Both the position numbers and the translations under genes were made by a program. This document shows, one piece after another, positions 28,150 through 37,419 of a stretch of 41,290 bases of DNA. The notes beneath the pieces are model-generated. The model worked only from the letters and a program-made list of their open reading frames with translations, was not told the DNA's origin and did no database searches. The stretch is from an uncultured Methanosarcinales archaeon (lineage in GTDB: Archaea; Nanobdellota; Nanobdellia; Woesearchaeales; JAGVZT01). Location: positions 1 to 41,290 of the forward strand of contig CAYQPU010000012.1 in the NCBI GenBank assembly GCA_964419615.1, in the 5' to 3' direction. Numbering within the stretch: the stretch's first letter is position 1; the number at the start of each line of letters is the position of its first letter.

Positions 28150-28297
28150 CAGAAGCTACTTCATCAATTAAGTCCTGAGCTGTTTTTACTTCTTTTATTG
28201 TTCCTTTTGCATCGCAGTATTGACACTTATTAGGCATTTTTTTACCTTTCTTTACTTCAGACTTAAAACCGCAACTTTCGCAATAAACACTTGGCAT
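28136..28297 (-). CDS. small zinc-ribbon protein (53 aa, not in the ORF track)
   Basis: Hand-translated: MPSVYCESCGFKSEVKKGKKMPNKCQYCDAKGTIKEVKTAQDLIDEVASVNLK; two CxxC pairs; TTTAAATA about 25 nt upstream. Confidence 0.75.
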   Translation of the reverse strand: MPSVYCESCGFKSEVKKGKKMPNKCQYCDAKGTIKEVKTAQDLIDEVASVNLK

Positions 28298-28345
28298 GTG
28301 TAAATTCTTAGTTTTGGGATATTTAAAGTTTTTGTTTTAACAGGA

Positions 28346-28942
28346 TTAAGAAGAGTTTTGACCTACAATCCCATACCAATAGAACAATAGTTTATCTACT
28401 GCTTTTACTAGGTCCATACCTTTACCTTCTATTGTGATACATTTGTCTTCAAGTTTAACATATGGTTCTTCTGCTTCTTTTAGATAGATCACATTGATAT
28501 CTGTGTTTTCACAAGTTATTATTGGTCGTAATGCACAAGCTTCTGTTTCATTTTTTGAACATGCTGAGATCAAGTCTCTTCTTATGCCTTGAGCCAGATT
28601 TAGGCTTAGCTCTCCTGCAGCTAATGCCATTGTTGTTGTATTAGAGTTTTCAGGATCAAAAGTAATGTATAGATCATCTTCATTAAATGATGGATGCAAA
28701 CTTCCGTTTATCCTGATGTTTTCTGTTTCCCATGGTGTGTAATGCAAGGGAATTGTTATTATCTTATTTCCTACTTGAACATCTGTTATCCACAAATCTT
28801 GTTTTTTGTGGAATTCGAAATTATTGTATGTTAGTTTTGAAGGTTCTGGTTTAAAGAAATTATTGTACATGTAGATTGTAAAACCAATTATTAATGCAAA
28901 GGCCAGTAAAACTGATAGAACTGATTTGAGTTCTTTATTCAT
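28346..28942 (-). CDS. membrane-anchored hypothetical protein, paralog of the upstream neighbour
   Basis: N-terminal TM; YNNFEF...W, ITCENT..VI and CI.I.G...D.....DKLL..W.GI. Confidence 0.8.
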   Translation of the reverse strand: MNKELKSVLSVLLAFALIIGFTIYMYNNFFKPEPSKLTYNNFEFHKKQDLWITDVQVGNKIITIPLHYTPWETENIRINGSLHPSFNEDDLYITFDPENSNTTTMALAAGELSLNLAQGIRRDLISACSKNETEACALRPIITCENTDINVIYLKEAEEPYVKLEDKCITIEGKGMDLVKAVDKLLFYWYGIVGQNSS

Positions 28943-29519
28943 TTTTTATTACACCAAGGTATTCTAGTAATAGACGATCTTTGAGTTGCATATAATCATA
29001 ACCTGAGTTTGCTGTTAGTATTAGACAGTATTGGTCAGAGTAAGCTTTTGTTTCATTTGATTGTTGGAATGCTATTACTGGAATTGGGATTGTGGCGTTT
29101 GCACATGTTATGTGTGGAAGTTCGTATCCTTCTACATCATCACTTATTCCGGTTATGGGATATATTCCTTGCTCACCTAAGAATTGAGATAAGTCAAAAG
29201 CACTTGATCCAATGTATTCTAGGTTTACACCTGTTACTGGAACTGTTATGTAGACCATTTTTGTAGCTTTTATTTGCATTGCGATATTTGGATCAAAATC
29301 TAAAGATTCAAGACTTGCTGGATAGTTTAAGACTCTATAGTTGTTTCCATTGTGCTGAAAGTACCAATACTCTCCTTGCTGAGTGAACTCAAAACCGTTA
29401 TACTCATATGTTTCTTTAGTATCATTACTAACAATGATTCCAAGCATACTTGATACTAAAACAAATGCTAGTAGGATTGATAGCAATTTTTTATTGTCTT
29501 TTTTCTTTTTTCGTCTCAT
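28935..29519 (-). CDS. membrane-anchored hypothetical protein
   Basis: N-terminal TM; YNGFEF...W, ITCANAT..VI and CL.L.A....D.....DRLL....GV. Confidence 0.8.
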   Translation of the reverse strand: MRRKKKKDNKKLLSILLAFVLVSSMLGIIVSNDTKETYEYNGFEFTQQGEYWYFQHNGNNYRVLNYPASLESLDFDPNIAMQIKATKMVYITVPVTGVNLEYIGSSAFDLSQFLGEQGIYPITGISDDVEGYELPHITCANATIPIPVIAFQQSNETKAYSDQYCLILTANSGYDYMQLKDRLLLEYLGVIKNE

Positions 29520-29623
29520 CTTATGCTGTTAAATTGAGGGGGTTTTTATATCTTTTTGTCTGATTATGTTAGAAGATCAAACCAAAGATTTTTATATATA
29601 TAATTAAAGACTTCTTTTAAAAA

Positions 29624-30304
29624 ATGAGGAAACCAATTATTAGAATTGAGAAGGTCTGGAAGATCTATAAAATGGGAGATGTAGAAGTTGCAGCTCTTAG
29701 AGGTTTAGATCTTAAGGTTGAGCAAGGAGAGTTTTTGGCTATTCAGGGCCCTTCTGGTTCTGGAAAATCAACAGCCATGAATATGATTGGGTGCTTGGAT
29801 GTTCCTACTCGAGGTAGAATTTATCTAGAAGGCAAAGATATTAGTAAAATGACTGAATCCAATCTTGCGCAGATTAGAGGGAAGAAAATTGGGTTTGTTT
29901 TCCAAAAGTTTAATTTGATTAATACTTTAACAGCTGCTGAGAATGTTACACTGCCTATGGTTTTTCAGTCAGTTGGTCCTGAAGAGAGAAGAAAGCGAGC
30001 TAAGGAACTATTGGGTTTGATGGAGCTTGGTGATAGGATTGACCATAAGCCAAACGAACTTAGTGGTGGTCAGCAGCAAAGGGTTGCTATTGCCAGAGCT
30101 TTAGCAAATAATCCAGAGGTTATTTTAGCTGATGAACCTACTGGTAATCTTGATTCAAAGACCGGTGATAATGTGCTCGGATTTTTAAAAAAATTACACA
30201 AAAGGGAGAAGAAAACAATTGTTTTAGTGACTCATGATAGACATATGGCAAAGCATGCAGATAGAGTTGAACGATTATTAGATGGAAAAATTATTAAACG
30301 GTAA
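29624..30304 (+). CDS. ABC transporter ATP-binding protein (LolD/MacB-like)
   Basis: [35 protein letters not shown] and VTHD. Confidence 0.95.
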   Translation: MRKPIIRIEKVWKIYKMGDVEVAALRGLDLKVEQGEFLAIQGPSGSGKSTAMNMIGCLDVPTRGRIYLEGKDISKMTESNLAQIRGKKIGFVFQKFNLINTLTAAENVTLPMVFQSVGPEERRKRAKELLGLMELGDRIDHKPNELSGGQQQRVAIARALANNPEVILADEPTGNLDSKTGDNVLGFLKKLHKREKKTIVLVTHDRHMAKHADRVERLLDGKIIKR

Positions 30305-30323
30305 TATAGTAGTGAGGGTTAAT

Positions 30324-31562
30324 ATGAAAAAAGAGTTGTTTATTGGACTTGTTTTTATTATGTTGATTGGATTAGTGAGCGCTGATACTCCTTCAGGAAG
30401 GATTTCTGAATCTGTTAATGTTCAGGTTTCCTTGTTAAACCAGGATCCAGATCCTGTTCAGCCTGGAAGCTATGTTGAGGTTAGATTCAAGGTTGAAAAT
30501 CTAGGAGTTTATGATGCTGATGATGTTGTTTTTGAGCTTTTACCAAGCTATCCTTTTAAGCTTGAACCAGGTGATACTGCAACGAGAAAAATTGGCACTT
30601 TATATGGCCGAGCAACAGGGGATGAGAGCGCACTAGTTTATTATAAACTAAAAGTTGATAAGGATGCTGTTGAAGGAAATAATGAGTTAAGATTAAGATA
30701 CAGTGATGATAGTGGCAGTAGCTGGATTTTGCTTGACGAGTTTGATATTCGAGTTCAGACTATTGATGCTGTTGTTGGGATTAGTGCTGTTGATACTGTA
30801 CCAAAAAAATTAGAACCTGGAAAGGTTGGAAAACTCATTTTTAAGCTTGACAACATGGCTGATTCACTTATTGAAGATATTACTTTAAAGCTTGATTTTA
30901 GTTCAGATGATATGCCTTTTGTTCCAGTTAATTCTGCTAGTGAAAAGCAGATTAGATCACTTGGTGCAGGAGAATCAGTTGAGTTTGAATTTGACATTAG
31001 GGTTTTGGCTGATGCTGATTCACAAACTTACAAGGTCCCAATTGAAGTAAGGTATATTGATGAGAGTGATACCTTATACAACAGAACTGATATTATTGGA
31101 GTTACTGTTGGATCAACACCGGAGATGGATATTTTTATTGAGGAACAAACAGTTTATTCTGCAGGTACAGGAGATGTTTCAATTAAATTTGTGAACAAGG
31201 GAGTTACTGACATTAAGTTTTTATCTGTAAAACTTTTGGAAAGTGATGGACTGGAGATTATTTCCACCCCAATGATTTACATCGGAGATCTTGATTCAGA
31301 TGATTATGAGACTGCGGATTTTGATATTTATGTTAAGAAAACCAAAGAGTCTTATGTAGATATTCCATTGAAATTGGAGTATGCTGATGCTAATAATGAA
31401 GAATTTGTCCAAGATGTTACATTGCAGATGAGATTGTATTCTGGAAAAGAGTTGAAAAAATATGGTTTGATTCAAAGTTCAAGCAGAGGAGGATTAATTA
31501 TATTATTAGTTGTTGTGGGTGGGGTTATTTACTGGCGAAGGCGCAAGAAGAAAAAAAAGTAA
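30324..31562 (+). CDS. COG1361 S-layer-domain-like exported protein
   Basis: Signal peptide, QDPDPVQPG, Ig-like repeats, YIGDLDSDDYETADF, C-terminal TM plus basic tail. Confidence 0.8.
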   Translation: MKKELFIGLVFIMLIGLVSADTPSGRISESVNVQVSLLNQDPDPVQPGSYVEVRFKVENLGVYDADDVVFELLPSYPFKLEPGDTATRKIGTLYGRATGDESALVYYKLKVDKDAVEGNNELRLRYSDDSGSSWILLDEFDIRVQTIDAVVGISAVDTVPKKLEPGKVGKLIFKLDNMADSLIEDITLKLDFSSDDMPFVPVNSASEKQIRSLGAGESVEFEFDIRVLADADSQTYKVPIEVRYIDESDTLYNRTDIIGVTVGSTPEMDIFIEEQTVYSAGTGDVSIKFVNKGVTDIKFLSVKLLESDGLEIISTPMIYIGDLDSDDYETADFDIYVKKTKESYVDIPLKLEYADANNEEFVQDVTLQMRLYSGKELKKYGLIQSSSRGGLIILLVVVGGVIYWRRRKKKKK

Positions 31563-31563
31563 T

Positions 31564-32787
31564 ATGTGGAAGGATTATTTTAATATTGTTTTGAGATCTC
31601 TTACTAGAAGGAAGACTAGATCTTATCTAACTATGATAGGGATCTTTATTGGAATTGCAGCTGTTGTTGCTTTGATTGGTTTGGGTGAAGGTTTAAGGAC
31701 AGCAATTACTTCCCAGTTTGGTTTTTTAGGTACTGATATTCTGACTGTACAGGCAGCAGGTCTAAGTTCTGCTGGTCCACCTGGAACTGCTGTTGTGAAT
31801 CCATTAGCAGATGATCTTGCAGAAAAAATTGATAATGTTAATGGTGTAGAGGTTGCCTTTAATAGACAGTTAGAAAGTGCTTCTATGGAGTTTAATGATG
31901 AGCAGACTATTGCCATAGTGTTTTCTATGCCTGAAGGCGATTTAAAAAAAGTTGTTGAGACCATGCTAAACCTTGATGTTGAGCATGGGAGATTGTTAAA
32001 AGATTCTGATGCATACAAAGTTGTGATTGGTAATGAATTTACTAAGGATACGACATTTGGGAAGAAAGTTAGTGTTGGAGATAGAGTTAATATTAATGAG
32101 CAGGAGTTTGAAGTGGTTGGAATTTTGGAAAAGAAGGGTAATTTTATGTTTGACCAGGCTGTTATTATGAATGTTGAGGTTTTGCTTGATTTGTTTGGTG
32201 ATGATGGTACTGCAGATTTGATTACAATTCAAGTAAAAGATGAGAAACAGATTGATGAGGTTAAGGAGAATATTGAAAAATTAATGAGAAAGGAGAGAGA
32301 TGTTGACAAAGGTAAAGAGGATTTTGCTGTTGAAAGTCCTCAAAGTATGATTGAGTCTTTTAATAGTACTTTATTTGCTGTGCAGCTTTTTGTTTATATT
32401 ATTGCTATTATCTCATTAATGGTTGGAGGTGTTGGTATTATGAATACTATGTACACTTCTGTTTTGGAAAGGACTGGTGATATTGGTGTTATGAAAGCTG
32501 TTGGTGCAAGAAATTCAGCGATTTTTATTATGTTTTTCCTAGAATCTGGCTTACTCGGTATGGTTGGAGGAGCTGTTGGTGTTTTGTTTGGATATTTGCT
32601 TGCTTATGGTTTTGCTTTTGCAGGTTCAATTGCATTAGGTTCATCTTTAATACAAGCAAGTATTAGTCCTTGGTTAGCTATTTTGGCTTTGATGTTTTCA
32701 TTTATTATTGGAACTATTGCTGGAATTTTACCTGCGATTCAGGCTTCAAAATTAACACCTGTTGAGGCATTGAGTTATTCAAAATGA
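31564..32787 (+). CDS. ABC transporter permease (MacB/FtsX type)
   Basis: R..RSYLTMIGIFIGIAAVV, GIMNTMYTSVLERT.DIG.MKAVGA and PA..ASKL.PVEAL. Confidence 0.93.
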   Translation: MWKDYFNIVLRSLTRRKTRSYLTMIGIFIGIAAVVALIGLGEGLRTAITSQFGFLGTDILTVQAAGLSSAGPPGTAVVNPLADDLAEKIDNVNGVEVAFNRQLESASMEFNDEQTIAIVFSMPEGDLKKVVETMLNLDVEHGRLLKDSDAYKVVIGNEFTKDTTFGKKVSVGDRVNINEQEFEVVGILEKKGNFMFDQAVIMNVEVLLDLFGDDGTADLITIQVKDEKQIDEVKENIEKLMRKERDVDKGKEDFAVESPQSMIESFNSTLFAVQLFVYIIAIISLMVGGVGIMNTMYTSVLERTGDIGVMKAVGARNSAIFIMFFLESGLLGMVGGAVGVLFGYLLAYGFAFAGSIALGSSLIQASISPWLAILALMFSFIIGTIAGILPAIQASKLTPVEALSYSK

Positions 32788-33989
32788 TAGACTTACTTAA
32801 GTATATATTTAGGAACGTTAGGCACAGACAATTAAGGAGTTGGCTGACTATTCTATCTATCTTGATGGGTATTACTGCCATTTATACTATTCTTAGTTTT
32901 GGATTAGGTTTGCAAAATTATATGGATACTTTAGCAGATGAGGCTGGCGCTGATAAATTGTATATTCAGGCAAGGGGCATAGGTGCGCCAGGTACTGATG
33001 ATAATTTTAGACTGACCAAGGATGATATTGATTTTGTGGGAAAAACAAGAGGTGTTGAGGATATTACTGCAATTTATATGGATGCAGGTTCTGTTGAGTT
33101 TAAAGATCAGATAATTTATGCTTATGTTTCTGGCCTTGATACAGACGATCTCGAGTTTTTTGAAGAATCATTTTCATTTAAGATTGAAAAAGGAAGGCAG
33201 CTTAGGGATGATGATATTGGGAAAGTGGCTTTAGGTTATAGATATGGCCAGGATGATAAGGCTTTTGAAAAAGCTGTAAGAACTGGTGATGATATTAAGG
33301 TTAATGGTGTGGACTTTGAAGTTGTGGGTTTTTATGAAGAGGTTGGAAATCCTGCTGATGATGTTAATGTGTATTTAACTCAAGCTCAATTTGAAGAGCT
33401 TTATGATATTAAGGATGAGTATGGTTTTGCTATGATTAAAGCTGAGAAAGGTGTTGATACAGGAGAGCTAGCTGAAAAGATCACAATTAAACTTAGAAAA
33501 CATAAAGATCAGGACGAAGGCCAAGAAGATTTTTTTGTTCAGACTTTCGAAGATGTGCTTGCAACTTTTGGTGTTATTATTAATGTGCTTAATGGTGTGC
33601 TGATATTGATTGCTTTGATTTCTGTGATTGTTGCTTCGGTTAATATTATGAATACCATGTACACTGCTGTGCTTGAGAGGACAAAAGAGATTGGGATTAT
33701 GAAAGCTATTGGAAGTACTAATAAAAGAATCTTAATGATTTTTATGCTTGAGTCTGGTCTTTTGGGATTGATTGGAGGTGTGGTTGGAATTGGACTTGGT
33801 TATTTGATTGCCTCAACAGGAGGTAAGTTTGCTGCTGAATCTGGTTTTGCTTTACTGCAACCTGCATTTCCCTGGTATTTAACTGCTGGCTGTTTGTTGT
33901 TTGGTTTTTTTGTTGGAGCTGTTTCTGGGTTATTACCAAGTATTCAAGCATCAAAGCAGAAACCTGTGGATGCACTTAGGTATGAATAA
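32784..33989 (+). CDS. ABC transporter permease (MacB/FtsX type)
   Basis: RSWLTILSI.MGI, NIMNTMYTAVLERTKEIGIMKAIG and ASKQKPVDALRYE. Confidence 0.93.
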   Translation: MIDLLKYIFRNVRHRQLRSWLTILSILMGITAIYTILSFGLGLQNYMDTLADEAGADKLYIQARGIGAPGTDDNFRLTKDDIDFVGKTRGVEDITAIYMDAGSVEFKDQIIYAYVSGLDTDDLEFFEESFSFKIEKGRQLRDDDIGKVALGYRYGQDDKAFEKAVRTGDDIKVNGVDFEVVGFYEEVGNPADDVNVYLTQAQFEELYDIKDEYGFAMIKAEKGVDTGELAEKITIKLRKHKDQDEGQEDFFVQTFEDVLATFGVIINVLNGVLILIALISVIVASVNIMNTMYTAVLERTKEIGIMKAIGSTNKRILMIFMLESGLLGLIGGVVGIGLGYLIASTGGKFAAESGFALLQPAFPWYLTAGCLLFGFFVGAVSGLLPSIQASKQKPVDALRYE

Positions 33990-34094
33990 TACCTAAGTGC
34001 TTTGAACGAAATGGAGTGGAGTGAAAATGCATTGCGGTACGAGTGAAACGAAGTATCGAAATGCTAGGAATGAAACGAAGTGGAGTGAGTATGC
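33972..34094. repeat. intergenic hairpin plus purine-rich GAA/GA repeat cluster
   Basis: GCACTTAGG/CCTAAGTGC stem over the stop codon; 21-nt direct repeats at 34004-34024 and 34068-34088 (18/21 identical) flanking hairpin 34029-34064. Confidence 0.65.
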
Positions 34095-34112
34095 GTTAAG
34101 ATATGAGTAGCA

Positions 34113-34694
34113 TTAGTTAATTTTGCTTGGTTTATACCAAGTGCAAGTATCATGTGCTGGCGAGTAAATAATGTGGTGGTATGGTTTCCCATTAACTAGT
34201 GAAAATGATAAGGATATGTAATTAACATCTCTTTCTCTGAGTAGTTGATTATTGAATAAAGGATGAGAATGACATTCAATAAATTCATCTGCCATATCTA
34301 CCTCATCTTGAGATATTAGATCCCACTGTGTAGATGTGAGCCAACTTTCAGGATTTGCATAATTAACTACAGGTAAAGCTTGGTATGTTTTTGTGGGTTT
34401 TCCATCTTTTATTATGTATCTCTCACCTGTTTCTGCAATATCTTCAACACATTGGTGAATTCCCCTGAATTGATTCTGAGTTAGTGTTTTATTACAATGT
34501 GCTCTTATTTGCCTTTCAAGTTCATCTTTGTAACATAGATTTGAAGGATCAATTATCTCGATTTTAATTTGATGGATTTTTGCATAATTGTTTATGTCTC
34601 TTAATCCTTTAAACAGGAGTTCTTCTTGGACACTCATATTACGGGTCATAAAATCCCTATATCTTCTTTCAAAGAAGTTTGGTTTGGGCCACAT
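34113..34694 (-). CDS. hypothetical protein with JAB/MPN-like HSHP motif
   Basis: EFIECHSHPLFNNQLLRERD followed by HHIIYSP. Confidence 0.65.
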   Translation of the reverse strand: MWPKPNFFERRYRDFMTRNMSVQEELLFKGLRDINNYAKIHQIKIEIIDPSNLCYKDELERQIRAHCNKTLTQNQFRGIHQCVEDIAETGERYIIKDGKPTKTYQALPVVNYANPESWLTSTQWDLISQDEVDMADEFIECHSHPLFNNQLLRERDVNYISLSFSLVNGKPYHHIIYSPAHDTCTWYKPSKIN

Positions 34695-34821
34695 GAATTT
34701 AAGGGAATTGAGATGTAAATAAATATTATACTCTAAAAAGAAAGAATTCTAAGGAATTAGATTTTTGAATTATATACTGATTTTACCGAATGTTTATTAA
34801 GATATACAAATTCCTTGTATT

Positions 34822-35229
34822 ATGACCTTTAAATTAACTGATTTTGATACTGTTAGAAGGTGCTGGATTCAGGATTTTCACTGGTACACTCCTGGTTTGA
34901 ACTTAAACACTTATTTAACTTCCAAATCAGATAAAACAAAATCCAAAGCTGTTAAACTGGCAATTTTTTCCTGTGAAAAGTTAGTAAAGGCTTATGAACA
35001 AAAGGAAGAGCTCTTTAAGACTTTTGAATTAGATAGTGAGTATTATCCAATTGTTTTGATAAGGTCTTTGTTGCCACAGTTGGAAGAAAATCTCTTAATG
35101 GAGGATTATGAAACTGCACATATGATTTCTGGTTGGATATGCGGTGATGCTGAAATTTGGGGAGATTTGTTGAGAGAATTTCAGGAAAATATTAATTATA
35201 ATTTTAGAGGCAAACCAACTATTGATTGA
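34822..35229 (+). CDS. hypothetical protein, paralog of 1584..2006
   Basis: Shared blocks as listed for 1584..2006. Confidence 0.8.
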   Translation: MTFKLTDFDTVRRCWIQDFHWYTPGLNLNTYLTSKSDKTKSKAVKLAIFSCEKLVKAYEQKEELFKTFELDSEYYPIVLIRSLLPQLEENLLMEDYETAHMISGWICGDAEIWGDLLREFQENINYNFRGKPTID

Positions 35230-35265
35230 GAAAACAAATAATATGAACTATGATATATCTTCCAT

Positions 35266-35649
35266 TTACTGTTTCATTAGAAGCACAAAATCATCAATCC
35301 CTAATTTGGTTATTTTCTTGATGTTGCTGATAAATTGTTTACTAAGATTTTTACACATTTGAAAGTCGTTGCAGTCCCAACAACCAGGAATATTCTTTTT
35401 TATGCAACATTTCCGTATTATACAATCTGGATTTCCTCCTCCTTCTTTACATAGTTTTGGACAACGAAGCAAGACTAGATTGTTTAATTCTTCTTTAAAC
35501 TGGGAGGAAGGGTCATTGATTGATCCACAAATATGTGTGTTTTCCAAAGCATTTTTTAGGGATTCTGCTGCATTTGAAACAACCATTTTATAGCATTTTG
35601 GACAATATAATCCGCAATAAGCAACTTGATAGGAGTTGTTTTTAGTCAT
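35266..35649 (-). CDS. DUF3795-like Cys-rich protein
   Basis: VAYCGLYCPKC, C..C..G and C.IRKCC.KK...GCWDC.DF..C. Confidence 0.85.
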   Translation of the reverse strand: MTKNNSYQVAYCGLYCPKCYKMVVSNAAESLKNALENTHICGSINDPSSQFKEELNNLVLLRCPKLCKEGGGNPDCIIRKCCIKKNIPGCWDCNDFQMCKNLSKQFISNIKKITKLGIDDFVLLMKQ

Positions 35650-35800
35650 ATCATTAAATTGGAGGTTTTTATATAATAATGTTTTCTTATGAAAGGATAG
35701 AGTGCAACATGGTCGAAGAAGTTCGTTTATGTTACATAAAACGTGAGTTTAAATCTTCTTAAGACTAATAAACAATTGCACTTAACCAAAAACAAATTCA

Positions 35801-36607
35801 CTAAGATACCAAACTCTCAAACTCACTCATATCCACCACATAGATCCCGGGTCGTTCTTTCATCTCAGTATAATAACTGTCTCTGTCTAATAGAATTCCT
35901 TTCATTCCAAGGCTGATTGCTGATCTGATTACTTTGATTGAGTCATCAACTGCTATGCAGTTTTCTGGTGAGGTGTTTGCTGCTTTTAGAACTCGATCCC
36001 AAAAGCCTTGCTTTGGTTTGTCTATTGGTTCACCAACAAAGATGTGTTTTTCTGGGATGTATTTTGTTATTCCTTGCAAGATCATTCTTTCTATTTTTCT
36101 TTTTGTCGCATAGTCTGCATCATAGATTATCTTATCATCTTCAAAGAATAGAATGCTGTCTGTTGATGTGATTATGAATCTTGGATTTTTGGATTCGGAT
36201 AAGAATTCTGCTGCATCTTTAAAAACCTGGCATGATTTGCCTATTGCTTGCCAGTATTGTTCAATTATTTCTACTATCTCTTTTCCTGATGCTGTGATTG
36301 AGTATTTGTTGAATAAGTACTTTAGCCATAAGCCACGACTCCACATAAAGTTACGTTGGCTTTTGTCAAAACCATTTGGTACTTCAATGTTAAGATTGTT
36401 TAGGTCTTTGATTAGTTGAGGAGCTCTTTTGTTTGGAAGGTCATGATAGTATGTATCAAGATCATGAAATATTTGACCAAATTCATCTCCCATTTTCTGG
36501 CCAATTTCTTTGTATTTTTCAACTAAGATTTCGTTTACTTTTTCTGTACCGGCTTCTGGAAGAAAAGGAGCTAGGACACGATCCATGTCTAATAGTAGTG
36601 TTTTCAT
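35801..36607 (-). CDS. HAD-superfamily hydrolase
   Basis: LLLDMDRVL (motif I), KPK..FW and IAVDDS....SA..LGM.GIL. Confidence 0.8.
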   Translation of the reverse strand: MKTLLLDMDRVLAPFLPEAGTEKVNEILVEKYKEIGQKMGDEFGQIFHDLDTYYHDLPNKRAPQLIKDLNNLNIEVPNGFDKSQRNFMWSRGLWLKYLFNKYSITASGKEIVEIIEQYWQAIGKSCQVFKDAAEFLSESKNPRFIITSTDSILFFEDDKIIYDADYATKRKIERMILQGITKYIPEKHIFVGEPIDKPKQGFWDRVLKAANTSPENCIAVDDSIKVIRSAISLGMKGILLDRDSYYTEMKERPGIYVVDMSEFESLVS

Positions 36608-36670
36608 AATTGTTATCAGTTTTCTGATTTGTATTTAATTCTTTTGTTAAGAAATTACTTATTATTTAGA

Positions 36671-36821
36671 GTTAGCTACACCTGGCCAGTTCGTGAGCCA
36701 GTTTGTTAGAAGCTTAACCACACAGAATCCACTCTTTAACCAGAATTTGCAAACTGTTCCTTATTGTCTTTAAAAATGATTTACGGCTCACTCACTTAAA
36801 TCAGGCCTGGGTCCAGCTAAC
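36671..36821. ncRNA. unknown 151-nt structured element, copy 2
   Basis: Same length and conserved blocks as copy 1; terminal stem extends to TAGAGTTAGCT(36667)/AGCTAACTCTA(36825); inner stem CAGTTTGT/GCAAACTG. Confidence 0.6.
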
Positions 36822-36843
36822 TCTAGATATTCATTCTTACACC

Positions 36844-36858
36844 CAAAACCTTTATAAA
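36844..36858 (+). promoter_or_regulatory. BRE/TATA promoter of leaderless rpl10e (palindromic TATA)
   Basis: CAAAACC-TTTATAAA; the TATA starts 30 nt upstream of the ATG at 36881. Confidence 0.65.
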
Positions 36859-36880
36859 GTGCCAGAAATTACCAGCAAAT

Positions 36881-37405
36881 ATGGCAAAGCTAAGAAAGGG
36901 AGTTTCCTATAGAAGGCTTGAAAGGCCGTATACCAGGTATTCTAAGTTTAGAAAGCACTCTTATATTAAAGCAGCCCCTAATATCAAGATTGTTAAGTTT
37001 GATATGGGGAATCAAAAAGGAGATTATGATACTGAGCTTCATCTAATCAGTAAAAATGGTGTCCAGATCAGACAGGAAGCAATAGAAGCTGCTAGAAGAT
37101 CTTGTAATAGATATTTAGAGAAATTTGTTGGAAAAAACAATTTTCACTTGAAAATTAAGATGTATCCTTATCATGTTTTACGGGAAAATCCAATTGCTAA
37201 AGGTGCTGGTGCAGATAGATTCTCAACTGGTATGAGCCATGCATTTGGAAAACCTATTGGATTTGCAGCTCAAGTTAAGAAAGGTCAAGTTTTATTTCAA
37301 GTTAGAACTAAAAAGGAGCATTCAGAACCAACAAAAAAAGGTTTGAAAATGGCAAGTTACAAGCTTCCAACTTCATGTTCTATTCAAGTATTTGAGAATA
37401 GATAA
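36881..37405 (+). CDS. rpl10e: 50S ribosomal protein L10e (uL16)
   Basis: RPYTR, QIRQEAIEAAR, YPYHVLRENP...GAGADRFSTGMSHAFGKP.G.AA.V and YKLP. Confidence 0.97.
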   Translation: MAKLRKGVSYRRLERPYTRYSKFRKHSYIKAAPNIKIVKFDMGNQKGDYDTELHLISKNGVQIRQEAIEAARRSCNRYLEKFVGKNNFHLKIKMYPYHVLRENPIAKGAGADRFSTGMSHAFGKPIGFAAQVKKGQVLFQVRTKKEHSEPTKKGLKMASYKLPTSCSIQVFENR

Positions 37406-37419
37406 CCTTGAAATATTTC

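Noticed and set aside
33972-34094. CRISPR array
   Set aside because: Only two 21-nt imperfect repeats, an internally repetitive spacer and no cas genes; no array seen anywhere in the window.
1584-35229. DGR template/variable repeat pair
   Set aside because: Similarity between the two paralogs is protein-level and diverged at all bases, not adenine-specific; no reverse transcriptase in the window.
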